From Minisyncoccota bacterium (GTDB taxonomy: Bacteria; Patescibacteriota; Minisyncoccia; UBA6257; GWB1-50-10): a DNA stretch of 64,000 bases. The DNA is taken from contig JAGVBU010000008.1 in assembly GCA_020059585.1 (NCBI GenBank), positions 22,163 to 86,162 on the forward strand, given 5' to 3'. Shown here one piece after another: positions 27,117-38,364 of this stretch; position 1 is the stretch's first letter, and every line of letters starts with the position of its first letter. Under the pieces are notes generated by a model. That model worked only from the letters and a program-made list of their open reading frames with translations, was not told where the DNA came from and ran no database searches. The position numbers and the translations under genes were made by a program.

Positions 27117-28496
27117 TTATTTTTTCACCTTCTTTATAAGACTTGCAAGTATAGGAGGAGTGAAGAGTGTTGTAAAAACAACCATAACGATAATAACCGA
27201 AAAAAGTTCGTCATTTATAACTCCCAATGTTTTTCCAATTGTCGCAAAAATAAGCCCGACTTCTCCACGGGGCACCATACCCCATCCTACAACCCATTTT
27301 TTTACCTTCCCAGCAACCATCCCAGCCGCTATTTTCCCTATAAATGCTGCTATCGTAATACCAAGCGCAGTCAGAAGCACTGGAAGATTCAATATCGTTT
27401 CTATTCTCACCCCCATCCCCGTAATCACAAAAAAAAGTGGGACCAAAAAAAATGAAAGGGGTTCAATAAGATCCTCAATATGTCGATGGGAGTGATACAT
27501 AAGCGTTTTTTCCATCTTTTCTTTTATAGCGTCCCCTGCGCTCATTATTTCTTTTCTCACGTCTTCTACAACGTGAGGATCTTTAAAATATGCAAAATGA
27601 ACAGGATCTAAAACTAATCCCGCGGCAAATGCTCCAACTATAGGAGCAAGTCCCATTTCCCCGGCCACATACGCAAACACAAGACAAAAAGAAATCGCAA
27701 GAGTGAACTTCATTCCTATCCCTGTGTGTATTTTCGAAAATAACCTTCCCATATATGGCGCGGAAAAATAACCAAGTACAATGGCCCCTACGAGAAATAA
27801 TACTGCTTTTGCTGTAATCCAAGACACTACACCAAGACTTACGGACCCAGCAGACGCAATTGCAGATACAACCGCAAGAATAATGAGTCCAAGCACATCA
27901 TCAATAACCGCGGCGCCAAGTACTATTTGGGCTTCGTTTGATTTGAGAAAGTGTAAATCTTTGAAAACACGCGCGGTGATACCAACAGATGTCGCAGTGA
28001 GCGAAGCACCAAGAAAAAGGTACGCAATAGACTGAAGACCTGGAAACACGAGAGGGCCGACAACATACGTACCAAGAACAAAGGGGAGAATAACTCCCAC
28101 TGCCGCCACAAGAAACGCGCGTAATCCCACCTCTCTCATTTTTTGTATATTACTCTCAAGCCCTATCTGGAAAAGAAGAATTACCACTCCAAGTTCAGCG
28201 AGAAATGAAATTATTTCGTTGCCCCTGAAAGAATCAAAGAAATGAAATCCTACAAGTCCAAGATTTCCGATAATCACCCCTATAATAAGTTCTCCCAACA
28301 CAGAAGGCTGACCGAAGCGCTCTATAAGCCCCCCAAGTTTCGCCGCCATAAGAAGAATTGCAATACCAAAAAACGTGAACGCAACACTACCATGACCCCC
28401 TTCTTCTGCAAATATTAAAGAAGGGATAAGCGTACACAGAAACAAAAGAGTATAAAATATATTTTTTCTTTCTAATATTTTTTTTATGAAATTCAT
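27117..28496 (-). CDS. Cation:proton antiporter (CPA2/NapA-like Na+/H+ exchanger)
   Basis: QPSVLGELIIG, LLFQIGLE, ATSVGIT, AAVIDDVLGL, GAFAAG, GMVPRGEV. Confidence 0.93.
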   Translation of the reverse strand: MNFIKKILERKNIFYTLLFLCTLIPSLIFAEEGGHGSVAFTFFGIAILLMAAKLGGLIERFGQPSVLGELIIGVIIGNLGLVGFHFFDSFRGNEIISFLAELGVVILLFQIGLESNIQKMREVGLRAFLVAAVGVILPFVLGTYVVGPLVFPGLQSIAYLFLGASLTATSVGITARVFKDLHFLKSNEAQIVLGAAVIDDVLGLIILAVVSAIASAGSVSLGVVSWITAKAVLFLVGAIVLGYFSAPYMGRLFSKIHTGIGMKFTLAISFCLVFAYVAGEMGLAPIVGAFAAGLVLDPVHFAYFKDPHVVEDVRKEIMSAGDAIKEKMEKTLMYHSHRHIEDLIEPLSFFLVPLFFVITGMGVRIETILNLPVLLTALGITIAAFIGKIAAGMVAGKVKKWVVGWGMVPRGEVGLIFATIGKTLGVINDELFSVIIVMVVFTTLFTPPILASLIKKVKK

Positions 28497-28614
28497 TTTT
28501 TAAAAACAATGTAAAATCTTCTTTTCCCTGACGCGTGTCGAGATCTTATCTATACTCAAATAACTTCCTTAAACCAAGATGGAATCCTTAACTCTTTATA
28601 TATCCCGCGCAAAG

Positions 28615-28688
28615 TGGGCGGCAGAGGACTCGAACCTCTGACCTTCTCGGTGTAAACGAGACGCTCTAACCAACTGAGCTAGCCGCCC
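28615..28688 (-). tRNA. tRNA-Val (anticodon TAC), CCA not encoded
   Basis: GGGCGGC/GCCGCCC acceptor stem, TCTCG-TTTACAC-CGAGA anticodon arm, GGTTCGAGTCC T-arm. Confidence 0.95.
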
Positions 28689-28863
28689 ACTTTAAGCGGA
28701 ATTATGATTTGTTTTTTAAAAATTTTACACTTACTTGAATTTTTAAACAAATCAGAAATAAAGGAACGATCTTCGCCTAAACACACTGTTTGATACAAGC
28801 GAATAACTAACTAAGCGCGCATCGGAAAGGTTTAGGTTGTGCAGAATTCTCACACTCCATCTG

Positions 28864-28935
28864 TCGGTCTGGCAGGATTCGAACCTGCAACCGATCGTGT
28901 ATAAGACGATTGCTCTACCGTTGAGCTACAGACCG
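28864..28935 (-). tRNA. tRNA-Ile (anticodon TAT/UAU), CCA not encoded
   Basis: CGGTCTG/CAGACCG acceptor stem, ATCGT-CTTATAC-ACGAT anticodon arm, GCAGG-TTCGAAT-CCTGC T-arm; complete 72-nt cloverleaf. Confidence 0.92.
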
Positions 28936-29075
28936 ATTACACAGACAGGGGTAAAGATACTTGCGCCACCACTAAACTACAGGACATTGATATCATCACA
29001 AGGAAAAACGCAACGCCCATTATCCCGCATCCACTGCGATGTTTTTATACCACGTTCAAAGACGTGAGGCAATTC

Positions 29076-30914
29076 CTATCGTATTGAGATCTGCCTCATT
29101 CCATATTCCTTCATAAGATCCGAAAACTCTTGCTGTTCAATCGTCTCCTTCTCAATGAGGGTTTTTGCAATCGCGTCAAGCGCGTTCTTGTGTCCGATGA
29201 TTATTTTCTTCGCAATATCAAATGATTTTTTCACAAAACGGCTTACCTCCTCATCGATAATTTCGCTGGTCTTTTCTGAATAATCTTTCTCCGCGGAAAT
29301 TTCACGTCCCAAAAATATCATCTCGTGATTTTTTCCAAGCGTCCGCGGTCCGAGTTTTTCACTCATACCGTATTGCGTCACGATTTTGTTCGCGATTTCG
29401 GTAGCGTATTTCAAATCACTTGAAGACCCCGTGCTCACATCTCCAAATACCGTTGATTCGGCAACAAATCCTCCTAACGCAACAGCAAGGTCCGCGAGAA
29501 ATTGGGTCTTTGTTTTCAATCGCCGTTCTTCCGTGGGAAGCTTGAGCGTATATCCTCCCGCAAGTCCGCGGCTGATTATCGTCACCTTATGTACGGGATC
29601 GCTGTCCTTGAGTCCCGCCGCAACAAGCGCGTGCCCCGCCTCGTGATACGCGGTAATTTGTTTTTCGTTTTCCGTTATCGCCCGTGACTTCCGCGCAGGA
29701 CCAAGCATCACTTTCTCAATTGAATTAAAGAAATCGTCTTGTGTGATTATCTTTCGATTCGAGCGTGCCGCAAGAATCGCGGCCTCATTCGCGAGATTCG
29801 CGAGATCCGCGCCGGAGAATCCCGGCGTACGCACCGCAACCGCGCGTAAATCAACATTCTGAACGGGTTTTCCTTTCGCGTGTATCTTGAGAATTTCTTC
29901 GCGATCGTTCAAATCGGGCATATCAAGCACCACGCGCCTATCGAACCTTCCGGGGCGAAGGAGCGCCGCATCAAGTACATCGGGGCGGTTCGTCGCCGCC
30001 ATAATAATTACATTTGTATCTCTTTCAAAGCCGTCCATTTCCACAAGTATCTGGTTTAGTGTCTGTTCACGTTCGTCATGCCCGCCCCCAAGTCCGGTGC
30101 CGCGCTCGCGTCCCACCGCGTCTATCTCGTCAATAAATACAATAGAGGGAGCGGCCTTCTTTGCGGTTTCAAAGAGATCTCTTACGCGCGATGCCCCAAC
30201 GCCGACAAACATCTCAACAAACTCCGATGCCGACATATGGAAAAAAGGAACATTTCCCTCTCCCGCGACGGCACGCGCGAGAAGTGTTTTTCCCGTTCCC
30301 GGCTGTCCCATAAGAAGAACGCCGCGGGGAATTTTCGCCCCCATATCAATGAACTTCTGGGGGTTTCTCAGAAAATCCACCACCTCTTCAAGTTCTTCTT
30401 TCGCCTCTCTTAATCCCGCAACATCCTTAAATTTTATCTTTTCCCCCGCGCCACTCCATAGTTTCATATTTGCTTTCCCGAATGAGAACGCCTGATTGGC
30501 ACCCGTCTTCGCCTGTCGAAATATAAACCAAAAAAGGGCGACCATAAGGATGACCGGAAGGAGAGTCGGAATGAGAATACCCATCCAATATTTAAATCCG
30601 CTTGGTTCCTCAACTGATATCTCCATTGTACGCAACATCTCCGGAGCCACTCCGTAATTTACGATTGTTTCAGAAAACCCCGTCTCGGTTTCTTTCCGTG
30701 ATATCACTTCTCCTCCGTCTTTAAGCGAAACCTTTAATTCCTCTCCATTTACCACAACGCGCGTCACCTCTCCATCGCTTATCTTCGCCGCAAGCTCACT
30801 CAACGTGATAACCTTCGGATCCGCATTATCCGTTTCAGCAAAAAAAGAAAAGACCGCGGTAACCGCGAAGAGGAGAAATACAGCGAAAAATAAATTTTTA
30901 CTCAGATTTTTCAT
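29076..30914 (-). CDS. ftsH: ATP-dependent zinc metalloprotease FtsH
   Basis: Two transmembrane segments, [31 protein letters not shown]; start placed at MKNLSK. Confidence 0.98.
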   Translation of the reverse strand: MKNLSKNLFFAVFLLFAVTAVFSFFAETDNADPKVITLSELAAKISDGEVTRVVVNGEELKVSLKDGGEVISRKETETGFSETIVNYGVAPEMLRTMEISVEEPSGFKYWMGILIPTLLPVILMVALFWFIFRQAKTGANQAFSFGKANMKLWSGAGEKIKFKDVAGLREAKEELEEVVDFLRNPQKFIDMGAKIPRGVLLMGQPGTGKTLLARAVAGEGNVPFFHMSASEFVEMFVGVGASRVRDLFETAKKAAPSIVFIDEIDAVGRERGTGLGGGHDEREQTLNQILVEMDGFERDTNVIIMAATNRPDVLDAALLRPGRFDRRVVLDMPDLNDREEILKIHAKGKPVQNVDLRAVAVRTPGFSGADLANLANEAAILAARSNRKIITQDDFFNSIEKVMLGPARKSRAITENEKQITAYHEAGHALVAAGLKDSDPVHKVTIISRGLAGGYTLKLPTEERRLKTKTQFLADLAVALGGFVAESTVFGDVSTGSSSDLKYATEIANKIVTQYGMSEKLGPRTLGKNHEMIFLGREISAEKDYSEKTSEIIDEEVSRFVKKSFDIAKKIIIGHKNALDAIAKTLIEKETIEQQEFSDLMKEYGMRQISIR

Positions 30915-31028
30915 ATATGATTCATGTGCCCACTCATCATATCGCCCAGTAAAAAAATATGCAAAAAAATGCTGCGGATAAGTCCGCAGCATATGCATAT
31001 TTGTCATGGAAACGGAAAAATAAATGAA

Positions 31029-31280
31029 CTATTCCTCCATTGTATCCAATTTACTCAAAATCATTTTTTTCATCTCGTCAAAGGGCATACCTGCGTGTTC
31101 CTCCGAAAAACGTGATACTTCTTTATTTTTATGAAGCACCACGACTTCAGGAACTCCTTTTTTAGGAACAATCCTTTTCGCCTCTAAAAGAATGTTTTTC
31201 TTTTTCAGGCTTATCGAGACGGAAATCAATGTCCCCATCAGCGCGTTTAACATGTCAGAATTCTTATGCTTTCTCGGCAT
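31029..31280 (-). CDS. Small hypothetical protein
   Basis: 83-aa ORF filling the gap between the S1 gene and ftsH. Confidence 0.4.
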   Translation of the reverse strand: MPRKHKNSDMLNALMGTLISVSISLKKKNILLEAKRIVPKKGVPEVVVLHKNKEVSRFSEEHAGMPFDEMKKMILSKLDTMEE

Positions 31281-31346
31281 ACCGCAACTCCATTTTTTTG
31301 AATAAATAAGTTATTTTATTAAAAAGCCAGACCTACTTTATACAAT

Positions 31347-31378
31347 AAAAAAGAGCCCTTTGCAAGGGCCCTTCTTTA
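31347..31378 (-). terminator. Intrinsic terminator after the S1 gene
   Basis: aaaaaagagccctt-tgc-aagggcccttcttt. Confidence 0.65.
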
Positions 31379-32467
31379 TTTCAATTTCAAAAGTATCTTT
31401 CGCTCCTCGGGGTTCAGCGTTTCGATAATGAATTTATACTGTTCTCCCTGTTGTAATTTCTTCTTCATTTCCTCAACACTCCCAAAAGAAGCAACGTGTA
31501 CCTGCCCCTGTATTTCGCCATCGAGATCAATGATTGCTCCGAATGGATGGAAACTGTGCACTTTTCCTTGTACCTCCTGCCCCTCCTTATATACATCTCG
31601 CATCCGCGTCCACGGATCCACCTTGAGCGCTTTAAGTGAAAGGGATATTCTTCCTTCTTTTATCTCTACTATCTTCGCCCTCACCGCGTCATCAATGTGC
31701 ACGAGCTCCTTCGGATTTTCCACAATCTTGTATCCGAGTTCAGAAATATGAATAAGTCCCTCCACCGCCGGATTATCAGTAAAGCGCACGAATACTCCGA
31801 AATCCGCGATTCCTGAAACCACTCCGTCGATTTCCTGTCCCACGGAATAGTTCTGGACCAATTCCTTCATACTCACTTCCTTAGCTGCCTTTTCTGAAAC
31901 AATAAGCTTGTTTGTTCTTGAATTCACATCAATGATTCTCACCGCTATTTCCTGTCCGATAAGTCCCTCGAGAATCTTCACTATCTCTTCCTTGTTATTT
32001 ATTTCGTCCTTACCTTCAAATCCGTTTACGATTTGCGATACCGGAAGAAATGCCGAAAGTCCGTACAAATCGGCAATAAGCCCTCCCTTGTTGCACGCGG
32101 TCGTCTTTATCTTCAAAATCTCCTCTTGCTCTTTTAGATCCTGTACCAACTCCCATGATTTCTGTTTGTCTGCCTGAGAAAGAGAAAGTTCTATAAATCC
32201 TTCGTCGTTGTCCGTGTCTATGACCTTCCCATTAATAGTGTCCCCCGAATTTAATCCGCGCACTACATCCCGCGCATTTTGAATTTCCCCGCGATACACT
32301 GCCCCCGTTCCATAAGGACCAAGATCAATCGTAATCATTCGACTCCCTTTTTCGAGAATAGTTCCCTCAACAAGATCGCCTATACGAAGCACTTTCAGTG
32401 CTCCGATTTCCGACTTTGTGAGAGACGCAACATTTTGCTCGTCTTGTTTTTGTGCTGTCGTCGTCAT
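31376..32467 (-). CDS. rpsA: 30S ribosomal protein S1-like protein (four S1 domains)
   Basis: Repeated S1 motifs (AFLPVSQI, DFGVFV..EGLIHISEL, ISLSLK, PFGAII). Confidence 0.85.
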   Translation of the reverse strand: MTTTAQKQDEQNVASLTKSEIGALKVLRIGDLVEGTILEKGSRMITIDLGPYGTGAVYRGEIQNARDVVRGLNSGDTINGKVIDTDNDEGFIELSLSQADKQKSWELVQDLKEQEEILKIKTTACNKGGLIADLYGLSAFLPVSQIVNGFEGKDEINNKEEIVKILEGLIGQEIAVRIIDVNSRTNKLIVSEKAAKEVSMKELVQNYSVGQEIDGVVSGIADFGVFVRFTDNPAVEGLIHISELGYKIVENPKELVHIDDAVRAKIVEIKEGRISLSLKALKVDPWTRMRDVYKEGQEVQGKVHSFHPFGAIIDLDGEIQGQVHVASFGSVEEMKKKLQQGEQYKFIIETLNPEERKILLKLK

Positions 32468-32600
32468 AATAATAGGTATTGTTCACGCCCCAGAGGGCGT
32501 AAAACACATATAACAATATTGATAAATCAGCGCCATGTCAAATGACACAACGATAATTTCTCATTGAAAAAATGTCCGTGAGACAATACAATGAGTACAT

Positions 32601-33179
32601 ATGATCATTACCCGACAAGAGGAAAATTACATAAAGATCCAATCCGGCGATACTACGCTTCTCATTGATCCCACAAGTCAGCGATCTTTTAAGGGCGCGG
32701 CGGCGGCAATTAATACCGTACGACCCTCCTATATAGAATATGATGGCCTTGGCGACTGTTTTTGGATCGATCACCAAGGAGAATATGAGATACAGGGAAT
32801 CCATATACGCGGATGGAGCGCGGGGAACGAAGAGGGAACTGAAAAAACAATCTATCGTATTGAATTCGACGACATCATACTCTCTATTCTTGGACACATC
32901 ACTCAGGAACCATCAAAGGAGTTTATAGAATATCTCGACGGCACCGATATTATGATCGTCCCCGCGGGGGGAAAACCGTGGGTATCGCAAGTTTCTCTTG
33001 CAAAGTTCATTCGACAAATAGAACCAAGCGTGATTATTCCCTCTCTTTTTAAAGACTTAAAACCGTTCCTTAAAGAATGCAATGTCGCCGAAGCGATACA
33101 AGAAGAAAAATTCGTATTCAAGAAAAAAGATCTCACGACGGGCGCGATGGAAATACGAAATATAGAAGAAAAGAAATAA
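32601..33179 (+). CDS. Degenerate MBL-fold metallo-hydrolase-like protein
   Basis: LLIDP, GEYEIQGIHIRG, ILGH, DIMIVPAGG, IEPSVIIP; metal-binding histidines largely missing. Confidence 0.7.
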   Translation: MIITRQEENYIKIQSGDTTLLIDPTSQRSFKGAAAAINTVRPSYIEYDGLGDCFWIDHQGEYEIQGIHIRGWSAGNEEGTEKTIYRIEFDDIILSILGHITQEPSKEFIEYLDGTDIMIVPAGGKPWVSQVSLAKFIRQIEPSVIIPSLFKDLKPFLKECNVAEAIQEEKFVFKKKDLTTGAMEIRNIEEKK

Positions 33180-33180
33180 C

Positions 33181-33585
33181 ATGAGCGTCCATTCATTCCC
33201 GCAAAAAATACGCGCGTTTACCCGAAAATTGCAACGCGCGAACACCGCGACAAAGCGGCGATGGTTCTTCGGAAGCGCCGCCATTTCTTTTGTGTTTGTG
33301 TTTGCCGCGTGGGTTGTGTACGTCAGTAACGCGATTGTTCCTATATCAGGAAGAACACAATCCGAAAACTCTACGTCTTTTGGAAGCACGTTTAAGGCGG
33401 GAATCGGAAATCTCACGAGAGATCTCGGTCAGAAATATGATGTATTCAGGAAAAATCTCGATAAAAACCTTAAAATTATAGAGGATAAAATCACTGAGAC
33501 GAATACTATCACCATCGATGGATCGGATACGGTGCCGTTTGTTCCCGCGCCGCTTGAAAATACATCCTTAATTCCGCTACCATAA
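33181..33585 (+). CDS. Hypothetical single-pass membrane protein
   Basis: KRRW followed by a hydrophobic helix; operon-like spacing. Confidence 0.6.
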   Translation: MSVHSFPQKIRAFTRKLQRANTATKRRWFFGSAAISFVFVFAAWVVYVSNAIVPISGRTQSENSTSFGSTFKAGIGNLTRDLGQKYDVFRKNLDKNLKIIEDKITETNTITIDGSDTVPFVPAPLENTSLIPLP

Positions 33586-33620
33586 AGCACGCAGCACACC
33601 CACACATAACAACCTAACGT

Positions 33621-36116
33621 ATGAAAAAAACTAAAGCGCTCCCCGAAGAAAAAAATCCCTATATCCCCGAGGATCACATACGCGATCGGGAAATCACCAC
33701 GGAATTAAAGGAATCGTATCTCGATTACGCGATGTCCGTCATCGTATCCCGCGCGCTTCCTGATGTGCGGGACGGATTAAAACCCGTACAAAGAAGGATA
33801 CTCTGGAGTATGTGGGAATCCGGATTAAAACATTCGGTGAAGTTCAGAAAATCAGCAAATATCGTCGGAGGCGTCATGGCACACTATCACCCACACGGGG
33901 ATTCTTCCATTTACGATGCGGTTGCGCGCATGGCGCAGGATTTCTCACTCCGTTATCCTCTTGTTCAAGGACAGGGAAACTGGGGGTCGGTCGACGGCGA
34001 CGCTCCCGCGGCAATGAGGTATACCGAAGCGCGTCTTTCAAAAATCGCGGAGGAAATGCTTCTTGATATTGAAAAAGATACCGTTGATTGGAACTCAAAC
34101 TATGATAATTCAAAAACCGAACCAAGAGTCCTTCCCGCAAAACTCCCAAATCTTCTCCTTAACGGATCCGTTGGAATCGCGGTCGGTATGGCGACAAACA
34201 TCCCTCCGCATAATCTTTCTGAAATTGCCGATGCCGTCATTCATATTACAGAAAACCCGGATGCGGACGTGAAGGAGCTTATGAAGTTTGTTCCGGGACC
34301 CGATTTTCCTACGGGAGGAATTATTTACGACAAGAAGGCGATAGAAACCGCGTATACCACGGGGAGGGGAGGTATCACCATGCGCGCGCTCGCGCAGATT
34401 GAAGAGAAAAAGAGCGGCAGTTTCCATATCGTCATCACGGAAATTCCATATCAGGTAAACAAATCCGCCTTACTCGAAAAAATCGCGGAACTTGTGCAAG
34501 AAAAAAAGATAGAAGGCATCCGCGATCTCCGAGACGAATCAGATAGAGAGGGATTGAGAATTGTCGTTGAAATGAAAAACGACGCAGCGCCCCAAAAAAT
34601 CTTGAATCAGTTGTATCAGTACACGGAACTTCAGAAAAATTTTAATTTTAATATGCTTGCCCTCTCAGAAGGAGGACTCCAGCCGCAAATACTTTCTCTT
34701 AAAGAGATTCTTGTCGCGCATATTGATCATAGAAAGATAATTATTCGAAGGCGCACAGAATTTGATTTGAAAAAAGCCGAAGAACGCGCTCATATTCTCG
34801 AAGGACTCGTAAAGGCGCTCGATTCTATCGATAAAATAATCGCCACCATAAAAAAATCAAAAGATAAGGAATCGGCCGCGGAAAATCTCATAAAGAATTT
34901 CAAACTTACTGCCGTACAAGCGCACGCCATTCTTGAAATGAGACTTCAAACGCTTGCGGCTCTCGAACGCAAAAAACTCGAAGATGAGCTTGAAGAAAAA
35001 AAGGCGCTTATAAAAGAACTCCAGCTCATACTCAAAAACCCAAAAAAAATAATAGACATAATTCGCGCCGAGCTTATTGATCTTAAGAAAAACTTCCCTG
35101 ATCCGCGGCGAACAAAAATAGTGCCGTCGAGCCTTACCGAATTCCGTGAAGAAGATCTCGTGCCGAACGAAGAGGCGGTCATTATGCTTACGTTGAGCGG
35201 ATATATAAAACGACTTCCTCCCACAAACTTCCGCGCGCAGAAAAGAGGCGGAAAAGGGCTTATAGGATTCGATTTAAAAGAAGAAGATTTCATAGATCAG
35301 CTCATCTCCGCGAATACGCACGACAACATTCTTTTCTTTACTGATAAAGGAAAAGTATTTCAAACGAAGGTGTATGAAATTCCCGCGGCGTCGCGCACGG
35401 CAAAAGGGAAATCGATACACAATTATCTTGAGATCCCTTCCGAAGAACGAGTGAGTGCTCTTATCGCGTATCCTAATTCATCCTCGGCTATTGAATCGCA
35501 ATTTCTCGTAATGGCGACAAAGAACGGAATAATAAAAAAGACTCCTCTAAAGGATTTCACGAATGTGCGCCGCACCGGTATCATTGCGCTCACCCTCAAA
35601 AACGATCTGCTCCGGTGGGTGAAAATATCCTCAGGAAAAGACGAAATAATCCTCTCAACTTCGAATGGGCAGGCAATCCGCTTTAAGGAGAAGGATATTC
35701 GTCCAATGGGGCGCACCGCGTCCGGAGTGAAGGGAATAGGACTCAAAAAAGGCGACTTCGTCGCGGGACTTGATATAATAAAAACAGGAGAAGTTGATTC
35801 GAAAACACTGAAGAATCTTCGCCTTCTCGCCGTCATGAATAAGGGTTTTGCAAAACAAACACCCCTTAAGGAGTATAAGACGCAAAAGAGAGGGGGGTCT
35901 GGAATAAAGACCGCAAAAGTCACCGAAAAAACTGGCGTAGTCATCGAGACGCATGTTGTCGATGAAACAATTGAGGAGATTCTCGCGTTTTCAAAAAAAG
36001 GGCAGGCGATTCGCACCCACATCAACGATGTCCGTATCGCCGGTCGCGCTACTCAGGGAGTGCGCATCATGAATCTCCCGAAAGACGATGAACTCATAGG
36101 CGTCGTCTGCTTATAA
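33621..36116 (+). CDS. gyrA: DNA gyrase subunit A
   Basis: [37 protein letters not shown], GyrA-box QKRGGKG, C-terminal pinwheel repeats. Confidence 0.98.
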   Translation: MKKTKALPEEKNPYIPEDHIRDREITTELKESYLDYAMSVIVSRALPDVRDGLKPVQRRILWSMWESGLKHSVKFRKSANIVGGVMAHYHPHGDSSIYDAVARMAQDFSLRYPLVQGQGNWGSVDGDAPAAMRYTEARLSKIAEEMLLDIEKDTVDWNSNYDNSKTEPRVLPAKLPNLLLNGSVGIAVGMATNIPPHNLSEIADAVIHITENPDADVKELMKFVPGPDFPTGGIIYDKKAIETAYTTGRGGITMRALAQIEEKKSGSFHIVITEIPYQVNKSALLEKIAELVQEKKIEGIRDLRDESDREGLRIVVEMKNDAAPQKILNQLYQYTELQKNFNFNMLALSEGGLQPQILSLKEILVAHIDHRKIIIRRRTEFDLKKAEERAHILEGLVKALDSIDKIIATIKKSKDKESAAENLIKNFKLTAVQAHAILEMRLQTLAALERKKLEDELEEKKALIKELQLILKNPKKIIDIIRAELIDLKKNFPDPRRTKIVPSSLTEFREEDLVPNEEAVIMLTLSGYIKRLPPTNFRAQKRGGKGLIGFDLKEEDFIDQLISANTHDNILFFTDKGKVFQTKVYEIPAASRTAKGKSIHNYLEIPSEERVSALIAYPNSSSAIESQFLVMATKNGIIKKTPLKDFTNVRRTGIIALTLKNDLLRWVKISSGKDEIILSTSNGQAIRFKEKDIRPMGRTASGVKGIGLKKGDFVAGLDIIKTGEVDSKTLKNLRLLAVMNKGFAKQTPLKEYKTQKRGGSGIKTAKVTEKTGVVIETHVVDETIEEILAFSKKGQAIRTHINDVRIAGRATQGVRIMNLPKDDELIGVVCL

Positions 36117-36121
36117 AAGCA

Positions 36122-37450
36122 ATGCATACTATTAATACACGAATAATCCTTTTCTCCGTTATCGGAGTGGTAGTTCTTATATTTCTTCTTATTCTTTCGG
36201 GTGTTATTCCGGGATTGAAAAGTAACAACCCTAAAACAGAAGGGCCCTCAGGCACGATCAATATGTGGGTGATCCAAGATCGCCAATCTGCATACGAGGC
36301 CGCGATAAAAAAATTTACAGATGTATACCCGGGAATACGCGTATCCTTTAAAACATTTCCAAATGAAACGACGTATCGCAACGCCCTTCTTGAGGGATTC
36401 GCGACAAATCAGGGTCCTGACATATTCCTTGTTGATAACGCAAGCGTGTTGCGTGACGCCAATAAGATAGAACCGCTCCCGAAACAAAAAATGTCCCTTC
36501 TACAGCTTCAGAATTTCTTTCCACGAGTGGTGGAGCGTGATTTTGTGAGTAAGGACGGGCGCATTTTTGGGATCCCTCTTTCTATCGATACGCTCGTCAT
36601 GATATACAACAAGGATATTTTCGATACGGAACAGATAGCAGAAATTCCCAAAACGTGGGAAGAATTCAACGCTATAGTACCAAAAATCACAAAAATAGAG
36701 GGAGGCACCCGCATTACGCGCGCGGGCGCCGCAATCGGGGGATCGGAAAAAAATATCGAACGCGCAAGCGATCTCCTTCAACTTATTATGATGCAATCGG
36801 GAGTATCTATGATGAAAGCATCGCCGTTTTCAGCATCGTTCTCACCCTCTGGAGAAGATGCGCTTCGCTTTTATGTCGGATTTTCAAATGCAAAAAACAG
36901 CGTATATACATGGAATTCGATCATGCCCTCCGCCATCGACTCGTTTGCGGAAGGAAAAACGGCGATACTTTTTGATTACGCATCATCACTTGATACGATA
37001 AGGAATAAAAATCAGTGGATACACGCGGGCATCGCCCCAGTCCCATATCCCGCGCAAACTAAATGCCAGAACGAATATGAATGCCGTACCGCGTATGCTC
37101 GCTATTACGGGTATACCGTCTCAAAACAAAGCGAATTAAAGAGTGTCGCGTGGGATCTCGTACTCTTTATGACGACTCAAAGCGATACCGCGGGCGATTA
37201 TATGACTAAAACAAAAAAACCTCCCGCGCTCAGATTCCTGATAGGACAAACATCCCAAGATCCCGAACTTGGAGTGCAGGCCGCGCAAGCGCTTATTGCA
37301 AAATCATGGCAGCAGCCCGATCGCGATGCGGTATCCTCTCTCTTTTCTGAAGCAATAGATCTCGTGATCTCAGGAAAAAAAGATGTCTCTTCCGCGCTCC
37401 GCCAGACGCAGGACGGAGTGAATCAACTTATAAAAGAAAAAGGATTATAA
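36122..37450 (+). CDS. Membrane-anchored extracellular solute-binding protein (family 1, sugar type)
   Basis: N-terminal anchor, GPDIF, IFGIPLSIDTLVMIYNKD, PKTWEEF, FAEGKTA. Confidence 0.85.
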   Translation: MHTINTRIILFSVIGVVVLIFLLILSGVIPGLKSNNPKTEGPSGTINMWVIQDRQSAYEAAIKKFTDVYPGIRVSFKTFPNETTYRNALLEGFATNQGPDIFLVDNASVLRDANKIEPLPKQKMSLLQLQNFFPRVVERDFVSKDGRIFGIPLSIDTLVMIYNKDIFDTEQIAEIPKTWEEFNAIVPKITKIEGGTRITRAGAAIGGSEKNIERASDLLQLIMMQSGVSMMKASPFSASFSPSGEDALRFYVGFSNAKNSVYTWNSIMPSAIDSFAEGKTAILFDYASSLDTIRNKNQWIHAGIAPVPYPAQTKCQNEYECRTAYARYYGYTVSKQSELKSVAWDLVLFMTTQSDTAGDYMTKTKKPPALRFLIGQTSQDPELGVQAAQALIAKSWQQPDRDAVSSLFSEAIDLVISGKKDVSSALRQTQDGVNQLIKEKGL

Positions 37451-37463
37451 TATTCGATATACT

Positions 37464-37952
37464 ATGAGAAAAAATATCATTCTTCTTTTCATCGCCGTAC
37501 TCGTTGTTATTCCTCTTTCCGCGCACGCGTTATCATTTGATATCTGGGAAAACACCGAAAAGACGATTACTTATGCAAGCGGAACAATGAGAGCAACAAC
37601 CACTGAAAACTGCAACATAGTTGGATCGTGCAATCTCTGCGATGCTCTTCAGGTTTTCAAAAACATCGTGAATATACTTTTCACAATCGCAATACCTCTT
37701 GCGGTTGCGCTCATTATATATGGAGGCATACGCATTATGACGGCAGGAGGATCCGAACAAAACGTAGCGGAGGCGAGAAATATAATCACAAGCGCGCTTA
37801 TCGGTCTCGCAATCGCCCTCGCGGCATGGATGATTGTGAGTGTCGTCATCTCGGTTATTGCTCAATCAAGCTTTCCCACAACCACGGGGAGTACGATTGA
37901 TTTTAAATTTTGGAATAATATCGATTGTACCGTATCCCCGCAGATAAATTAG
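37464..37952 (+). CDS. TrbC/VirB2-like pilin 1 (Cys-containing)
   Basis: Signal peptide; IIYGGIRIMTAGGSEQNVAEARNII two-helix hairpin; CNLCD motif. Confidence 0.8.
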   Translation: MRKNIILLFIAVLVVIPLSAHALSFDIWENTEKTITYASGTMRATTTENCNIVGSCNLCDALQVFKNIVNILFTIAIPLAVALIIYGGIRIMTAGGSEQNVAEARNIITSALIGLAIALAAWMIVSVVISVIAQSSFPTTTGSTIDFKFWNNIDCTVSPQIN

Positions 37953-37975
37953 AAAAATTGTTTTATAATAAAGTT

Positions 37976-38320
37976 ATGACTCCGAGAAAAAAAATAGTTT
38001 CGATTGCGTGGGGAGGTCTTGCTGCCCTGCTTATAGCTCCATTGAAAGCGCGCGGCGCGCAGATACGGCTTGAAAATCCTTTGAGAACCGACGATCCTAT
38101 CGAGCTTCTGGGATCTATTGTGGATTGGCTCATTATTGCGGGTGCCCCAATCGCGGTTGTTATGGTTATATATGGCGCCTTCCAAATTATGACCGCGCAA
38201 GGAGATACCGAAAAATTCACTTCAGGAAGAAAAACAATTGTGTACGCCATCGTCGGCTATGGTATAATTATTTGCGCATGGGGCATCGTTGCGGTCATCC
38301 AAAGCGTATTAGAGGAATAA
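37976..38320 (+). CDS. TrbC/VirB2-like pilin 2
   Basis: LENPL; VIYGAFQIMTAQGDTEKFTSGRKTIVYAIVG. Confidence 0.82.
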   Translation: MTPRKKIVSIAWGGLAALLIAPLKARGAQIRLENPLRTDDPIELLGSIVDWLIIAGAPIAVVMVIYGAFQIMTAQGDTEKFTSGRKTIVYAIVGYGIIICAWGIVAVIQSVLEE

Positions 38321-38364
38321 GCCCCGGAAAGGTCGAGAACAGAAACATCATATATATTTATTAT

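Noticed and set aside
29887-30495. Long antisense ORFs opposite ftsH (similarly opposite gyrA 35423-36025, hppA, nusA, pnp)
   Set aside because: Typical reverse-frame shadows of conserved genes, with S/P/I-rich translations and no independent signals.
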